Assembly: GCA_012295275.1 (NCBI GenBank)
Contig: CM022668.1
Span: 14,012,001-14,076,000 of the forward strand
Source of the DNA: Chrysomallon squamiferum
Taxonomy: Eukaryota; Animalia; Mollusca
DNA: 64,000 nt
Reading direction: 5' to 3'
Shown here: positions 58,737-64,000 of the stretch, one piece after another
How the letters are laid out: each line of letters begins with the position of its first letter
Position numbering within the stretch: position 1 is the first letter of the stretch
Made by a program: the position numbers and the translations under genes
The notes under the pieces: generated by a model
Told to the model about the DNA's origin: nothing
The model's database searches: none
Seen by the model: only the letters and a program-made list of their open reading frames with translations

Positions 58737-61134
58737 TAATGACGACATAATGGAAGAAAGAAGTACGAACAGCTTTCATTTATTAGCAGCAAAGAATGTT
58801 TTTTATATGCACCTTCCCACAGACAGGAAAGCACATACCACGGACTTTGATACACCAGTCGTGGAGCACTGGCTTGGAACGGGAATAGCCCAACGGGCGC
58901 ACCGAGGGGGTTTGATCCGGGGACCATCACTCCTCAGTAAAACGCAGAGACCACTGAGCTACATCCCGCTCCTTATAGGCTGAAATTAAAAATAATAATA
59001 TAATAATATAGTGTAAGCAGTTACTGATGTAAATAAATAAATAAATAAACAAATAAATAAATAAATAAAATAAATAAATAAATTAAAATAAATAAAATAA
59101 AATAAAATAAATAAAATAAATTAAAATAAATAAAATAAAATAAAATAAATAAAATAAATAAACAATTAAAACAAACAAATAAATAAATAAAATAATAAAG
59201 CAAATAAAATAAAATAAAATAAATAAATAAAATAAATAAATAAAATAAATAAATAAAATAAAATAAATAAAATAAAATAAATAAATGAATGAAAATAAGG
59301 AACTATATAATTTTTTTTTTTTTTTTTTAAATAAGCTACATTGACATAGTTAAGGTACAGATTGGAAAGAGAAAATATTTAATATGCACATAGTTTAAAG
59401 TAATAAATAATATTTTTATATTTATTTGTTTATATTGTCAAAGGATCGAATGAATGAATAAATGAATGAATGTATAAATAAATAAATAACTAAATAAACA
59501 AACAAACAAATAAATAAACAGGTAATTAAATAAATAAATAAATAAATACATAAATAAATAAATAAATAAAAATAAATAAATAAAACTGAATATACCTACA
59601 AACGAAAGAATTTTCTTACATTTCATTTAATTGTCACTAAATGTACAAAGTTAATTACACTAATGTAGAACGAAATTGTATTTGTGTGAAGAGTTACTGT
59701 CCTTGGTTAGTAAACATTCTTTGACACCTGCAACGCAATGCATGTAATTCAGTAAACGTGGAATAGTGTAAGCGATGGATAATTCACGAAATCGAACTGA
59801 AAAACGTCATTTTATTAAGCTAAAATCAGTCATAGTTTATCTACTTAAGCTGAAACGAGTCACAAAGAAACTGGTTGGTTATCAAGTATAGCGGAAAAAT
59901 GTCATCATTTATAACTGGAGGATATTATCATACTGAACTGAAATAAGTCATATATAACAAAACTGAAATGCGTAATCAAATAAAGCGGAAAAACAAGTCA
60001 TAAGTTACAACTGAAATAGATTATCATCGATCGAGTGAAGCTGAAAAAGAAATACATCAAGTAAAAGAATAAATCATCAAAATTGAACAAGTAAAACTGA
60101 AATACGTCATTTCTAATATCTGGAATACATCAACACAATATATACTGAAATAAGTCGTCACGTAACGGTTGAATAAGCATTAAACAAGACTGAAATACGT
60201 CATTAAATGAAGTTGAAATGCACAATCGATTATAGCTGAAATTACTCATTAAGTAAACTGAAATACGTCATTAAATACAGTTGAAAATATACAATCGATT
60301 ACTGCTGAAATTTTTCGTATAAACTGAAATACGTCATTTACAATAACTGGAATAAATCATAATTATAATCTGAAGTAAGTCGCTGATTAAAGCTAGAATA
60401 AATATTTTAACTGGATAAGTCAAGAATAAAACTGGCATCAGTCATGAAGAAAAATTACCATAAACTACAGTTGAAAATATTGCCAAGTACAGCTGTGAAT
60501 AAGTTAGTTATCTATTATAACTGAAACGAGTCATATCAAGACAAAACAGTCATCGAATAAAATCATGAAATAAAGTTAAATTAAGTGACAGCTGAATGTG
60601 TCATTAAATTTAACTAGAATAAGATATCAAGAAGAATTTGAGCAAGTTTCCATCTAATAATGGAAGAAGTCATTTTATAAAACTGAAAAAAAAAAAAAAA
60701 TCGCAAAGCAAAAGCTTGAAAGACAGCTGAGTTAACACATCAGTTACAATTATAAATGGATGGAGCACTTAGGTAATATTCGTATGAATTGTTGAATGAA
60801 AACTGAAATAATTCAGACAGAATCGAAACAATAAAAAGAAGTATCTAAACGGGTTATTCAAGAATATAATTAAAAACTGGTCAAATTATCACGGATTTAT
60901 AAAGTGAGAGTTTATCAAGGTAACATGGAATACGTTACAATTTCAAAACAATTTCAAAACAAAGCTGGAACATGCAAAAATTAAACCCACTTACCCCACC
61001 TTCCCGTAGTAAAATATTTAAAAAAAAAAGAAAAAAGAGAAGAAAAGGAACAGAAATAAACCCAACCCTGAAACAGTTATGGAAGTTTGTTATATATTAT
61101 GGTATGTGTTAGCAAACTGTAGTAAAATTCTTAA

Positions 61135-61166
<32 letters not shown>

Positions 61167-62313
61167 AAATGTTAAGTAATAATTATAAAAGCTGGAACGA
61201 GTCATAATTTAATAAATCATAATCACAGCTGGAAGAAGTCTGGTTCGGAAATCAAAATCTGAAAGAAATCATCCACTTTCTCATAAAAACAATAAAAATA
61301 AAAATAAAATAAAATAAAATAAAATAAAATAAATAAATAAATATCGCCTTACCTTTGAAGAGTGGGTTGATTGACCAGATTGCAAGAGGACCCATGCTGG
61401 CGAACTGACCAAATGTGACTTCCAAGCAGAATAGAGGGATTCCCATGAAGATAAGGCTAAGGATGTATGGAATGAGAAATGCACCTGCAACATAAAGCGT
61501 TTTCAATAACAAGTTTTTGTGATTTATATCGAGAATAGTAAATGTTTATGATTTGTCTGTGTTTGCTGTTATCATTTTTTTTCTATCTCATAGTAGGGTT
61601 CTCTGTATTTGTCCATTATTTTTCCATTATGATAATAGGTTTATTTCTAATCTAATGTGTTCTGTATCTTCTTTTGTCATATTTTGCCTATCTGTTGTTA
61701 GGTTTCTCTGCATTTGTCTTATTTTTCTCTAACTAAGGGTAGGTTTCTCTCTGTATTGGTAGTTTTGTGTTTGTTTCATTTTCTCATCATGTGTTACTTA
61801 ATGGGTGGTACCTTTACTTTGTCTGTCTCTGTCTCTCTCTGTCTGACTCTCTCTCTCTGTCTCTCTCATATACATACACACACACACACACACATATAGA
61901 TAGAAACGTTGATAGACAAACAGATAGATATAGAAAGATAGATAGGTATACACCCACACACATCCTTAAACACAAAACCACACCATAGAAGATCAAATGC
62001 ATAACCAGTAATTCTATCTTTTTTTTTTTTTATATCATCAGCTACGCATGAATATTCCTATCTCTACATTTACATCTGTGTTTACTTGTCTCTCTGTCTG
62101 TCTGTGTCTGCGTGTGAGCAACTGACAAAGAAAAAGCGATGCAAGAGCAGCAGACTCTGCAGGTGCAAGGCAGCACTTACCCCCTCCATTCTTGTAGGCC
62201 AAGTAGGGAAATCTCCACACGTTACCCAACCCGACGGCAAAGCCAACCAACGTGAGCACGAACTCGGCTTGTCGTCCCCATTTGTCCCGCGGTTTCACCA
62301 ACGTAGCTCGATC
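49101..62313 (-). CDS. SLC6 sodium- and chloride-dependent amino-acid transporter (glycine/proline-transporter-like), 5'-partial, 13 exons, with two +1 frame discontinuities (exons 3 and 12)
   Basis: Motifs [103 protein letters not shown] and EWGP. All 12 introns are GT-AG. Gly rather than Asp in TM1 places it with amino-acid, not monoamine, transporters. Confidence 0.93.
50230..50392 (-). CDS. SLC6 exon 12: TM12 ([44 protein letters not shown] / +1 frame [10 protein letters not shown])
   Basis: tttcag acceptor and aag|gtaggc donor. It is 163 nt where a multiple of 3 is needed to join the phase-0 last exon. Confidence 0.88.
51049..51167 (-). CDS. SLC6 exon 11: [40 protein letters not shown]
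   Basis: ttgcag acceptor and ttg|gtaaga donor; 119 nt, phase 1 to 0. Confidence 0.91.
51782..51881 (-). CDS. SLC6 exon 10: TM10 ([33 protein letters not shown])
   Basis: tttcag acceptor and g|gtgagt donor; 100 nt, phase 0 to 1. Confidence 0.92.
52241..52378 (-). CDS. SLC6 exon 9: [46 protein letters not shown]
   Basis: atccag acceptor and cag|gttggt donor; 138 nt, phase 0 to 0. Confidence 0.9.
52756..52868 (-). CDS. SLC6 exon 8: [38 protein letters not shown]
   Basis: ttccag acceptor and cag|gtaagg donor; 113 nt, phase 1 to 0. Confidence 0.93.
53670..53794 (-). CDS. SLC6 exon 7: TM7 ([41 protein letters not shown])
   Basis: ttacag acceptor and g|gtttga donor; 125 nt, phase 2 to 1. Confidence 0.92.
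54550..54788 (-). CDS. SLC6 exon 6: TM5-TM6 ([10 protein letters not shown]...[34 protein letters not shown])
   Basis: ttcag acceptor and ag|gtaagc donor; 239 nt, phase 0 to 2. Confidence 0.94.
55352..55484 (-). CDS. SLC6 exon 5: [44 protein letters not shown]
   Basis: ccacag acceptor and aag|gtgagc donor; 133 nt, phase 2 to 0. Confidence 0.92.
55530..56110. repeat. Degenerate ~52-bp tandem repeat with a 105-bp dimeric period
   Basis: AA(G/T)TATGAGTT(G/A)TT recurs at 55636, 55741 and 55846, each period made of two related subunits; explains ORF 55633..56013. Confidence 0.85.
56852..57028. promoter_or_regulatory. Cluster of CRE (TGACGTCA) palindromes in the SLC6 intron after exon 4
   Basis: Perfect sites at 56852, 56907, 56999 and 57021, plus TAACGTCA at 56958 and 56991. 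Confidence 0.45.
57075..57129 (-). CDS. SLC6 exon 4: (S)[17 protein letters not shown]
   Basis: ttgcag acceptor and ta|gtaaga donor; 55 nt, phase 1 to 2; carries the conserved EL2 SxEEY motif. Confidence 0.85.
57853..58063 (-). CDS. SLC6 exon 3: TM3 and EL2 ([59 protein letters not shown] / +1 frame [11 protein letters not shown])
   Basis: gacag acceptor and t|gtaagt donor. It is 211 nt where a multiple of 3 is needed, and has an in-frame TGA at 57887-57885. Confidence 0.88.
58737..58972 (-). mobile_element. tRNA-derived SINE (probable Meta/MESC-type core) in the SLC6 intron between exons 2 and 3
   Basis: On the - strand: head GGAGCGGGATGTAGCTCAGTGG (Pol III A box), GGATCAAACCC (B box, 58918-58908), core CCAGTGCTCCACGACTGGTGTATCAAAGTCCGTGGTATGTGCTTTCCTGTCTGTGGGAAGGTGCATATAAAA, then an (AAAT)n tail. 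The core assignment is from memory of molluscan SINEs, not from a search. Confidence 0.8.
59790..60700. repeat. Old, highly degenerate ~20-bp tandem repeat (AACTGAAATACGTCATTAA-like)
   Basis: Repeated CTGAAA...GTCAT units, e.g. ACTGAAATACGTCATT near 60096, 60189, 60257 and 60323. Confidence 0.7.
61353..61484 (-). CDS. SLC6 exon 2: [44 protein letters not shown]
   Basis: ttgcag acceptor and g|gtaagg donor; 132 nt, phase 1 to 1. Confidence 0.94.
62181..62313 (-). CDS. SLC6 exon 1 (first in window): [44 protein letters not shown]
   Basis: tttcag acceptor and g|gtaagt donor; 133 nt; SLC6 TM1 signature. Confidence 0.94.
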
Positions 62314-62376
62314 CTGAAACAAACAATACGAAAACACTGCTTAATAATGATAATAATAATAATAACAATAATAATG

Positions 62377-62407
<31 letters not shown>

Positions 62408-62606
62408 AAATAATGATAATAATAATAAGTGATAATAATAATAATAACAATAATAATAATAACAATAATAATAATAATAATAGTAATAATAATAATAATA
62501 ACTGATGATATTAATGATAATAATAATAATAATAATAATGATGATAATAATAATAATAAATGATGATAATAATAATAGTGATGATGATAGTAATAATAAA
62601 AATAAA

Positions 62607-62669
<63 letters not shown>

Positions 62670-63228
62670 TTTCATCAAAAAAGAAACCAGAATTCTACTC
62701 ATGTATATTAATTTTTTTTTTTTTACCAAAAAGTCACTGAAGAATGAAACATTGAATTCCAACCAAGGTTTAACTGAAGAGTCAAAAGATTCATTTTTAC
62801 CAAAGAGGCAATGAAAAATGAAATGAATTACACAATTTTACAAATATATGCTATCGACAATTATAGGCATATTAATTAATTTTTTACCAAGACTGCTCTC
62901 AAAGTTCAACATCAAAGTTTATCAGAGAGATATTGAAAATTCAAATACTGAATTTTACCGAAGGATTCTTTTAAAAAATGGCATATAAAATTTTACCAAT
63001 GTAACAGTGAAAGGCCATACTTTTCGGTATATCAAGGTATTTACGTACAACAACTGATGATAATTCTAACACGATTCTCCGAGAAAAAGAACAGAAACTC
63101 TCCAAACAGATTCTTTTTTCATTACCGTTACTTGCGTCATAACTAACATTTTATATTTTTACCAAGTTGGTTTTCAAGCCAAGCGCATTTTTCTTCTTCT
63201 TCTATTTTTTATTTTTTTATTATTTTTT

Positions 63229-63263
<35 letters not shown>

Positions 63264-63442
63264 TTTTTTTATTTTTTGCAAGTGTCGGTTACATTGGAGT
63301 ATTCAGGTTTGTGATGTATGCTCCCCAAAAAATTGGACAGGGTTTTTAGTTAGTAAGATAATTTTGAAAACAATATAATGATGATGATGATGATGATGAT
63401 GATGATGCTGATAATAAATAAATAACTAACTAAATAACAAAA

Positions 63443-63489
<47 letters not shown>

Positions 63490-64000
63490 CTGTTCTCAAA
63501 AGGTTATTTAGTCAAGAACAAAAAAAACAAGAAGATTATTCAAGATTTTGTTCTGCATTAAAAAAAAAAAAAAAAAAAAAAATTATGAACCCAATACTTC
63601 ACACGGTCTACGTTATCTGACAACATTAAAAAATAAATAATTTTTTTTTTTTTTTTTTTTTTTGTGTGCATTATATCGGAGGTGGCTTGGTACAGAAGTA
63701 AAATTTACATTTGTGCATTAAGTAAATACCCTTCTAGCCAGTGCCAGTGCTATGCAAACAAGATTTAATGGCGGTTTGATAGGTTCTCGAGCATAAACTG
63801 AGTTAGGTGTGATATTTTATTTTTTCTTATTTATTCTTAGTCATTTGTTATCTAACAACGTTAAAAAAGATATATATGACGTGACTCTTTGTTTGCTTTA
63901 GATATAAATATAGATATAGATAGAGATATAAATATAGATATAGACATAGACATAGATATATATATATATAGATAGAGATATATATTAGTGTTTGTACATA

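Noticed and set aside
58730-58983. ORFs 58730..58930 (-) and 58750..58983 (+), and a possible tRNA gene
   Set aside because: Both ORFs lie in the SINE. The tRNA-like head has no complete cloverleaf and continues into the SINE core.
62314-64000. Search for the SLC6 start-codon exon
   Set aside because: No convincing ATG-containing exon with a phase-0 donor was found; it probably lies beyond the window.

Overview
AT-rich, microsatellite-dense animal genomic DNA, probably a gastropod mollusc (inferred only from a tRNA-derived SINE). Nearly all ORFs in the supplied track are simple-repeat artefacts. Manual splicing recovers two intron-rich genes arranged tail-to-tail. (1) On the + strand, a GPR158/GPR179-like class C GPCR with 9 exons at 22963-41218 (about 538 aa, all splice phases consistent). 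Its N-terminal exon(s) were not found, so 1-22962 is probably one long intron. (2) On the - strand, an SLC6 Na+/Cl- amino-acid transporter with 13 exons at 62313-49101 (about 623 aa; start exon not found). The most notable observations: the otherwise intact SLC6 gene needs two separate +1 frame changes, at GCC-UGA-G and CUU-AGC-C. Both resemble known +1 ribosomal frameshift sites, but both are also fixed by deleting one doubled base, so assembly error is the leading explanation. A diverged ~330-bp inverted repeat brackets a stop-free, phase-0/0, 348-nt GPR158 exon, a candidate for circRNA formation or exon skipping. A homolog of the metabotropic glycine receptor sits next to a GlyT-like transporter with unusual binding-site residues. 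The window also holds a TA-flanked MITE, several higher-order minisatellites, CRE clusters and CpG-rich intronic islands.
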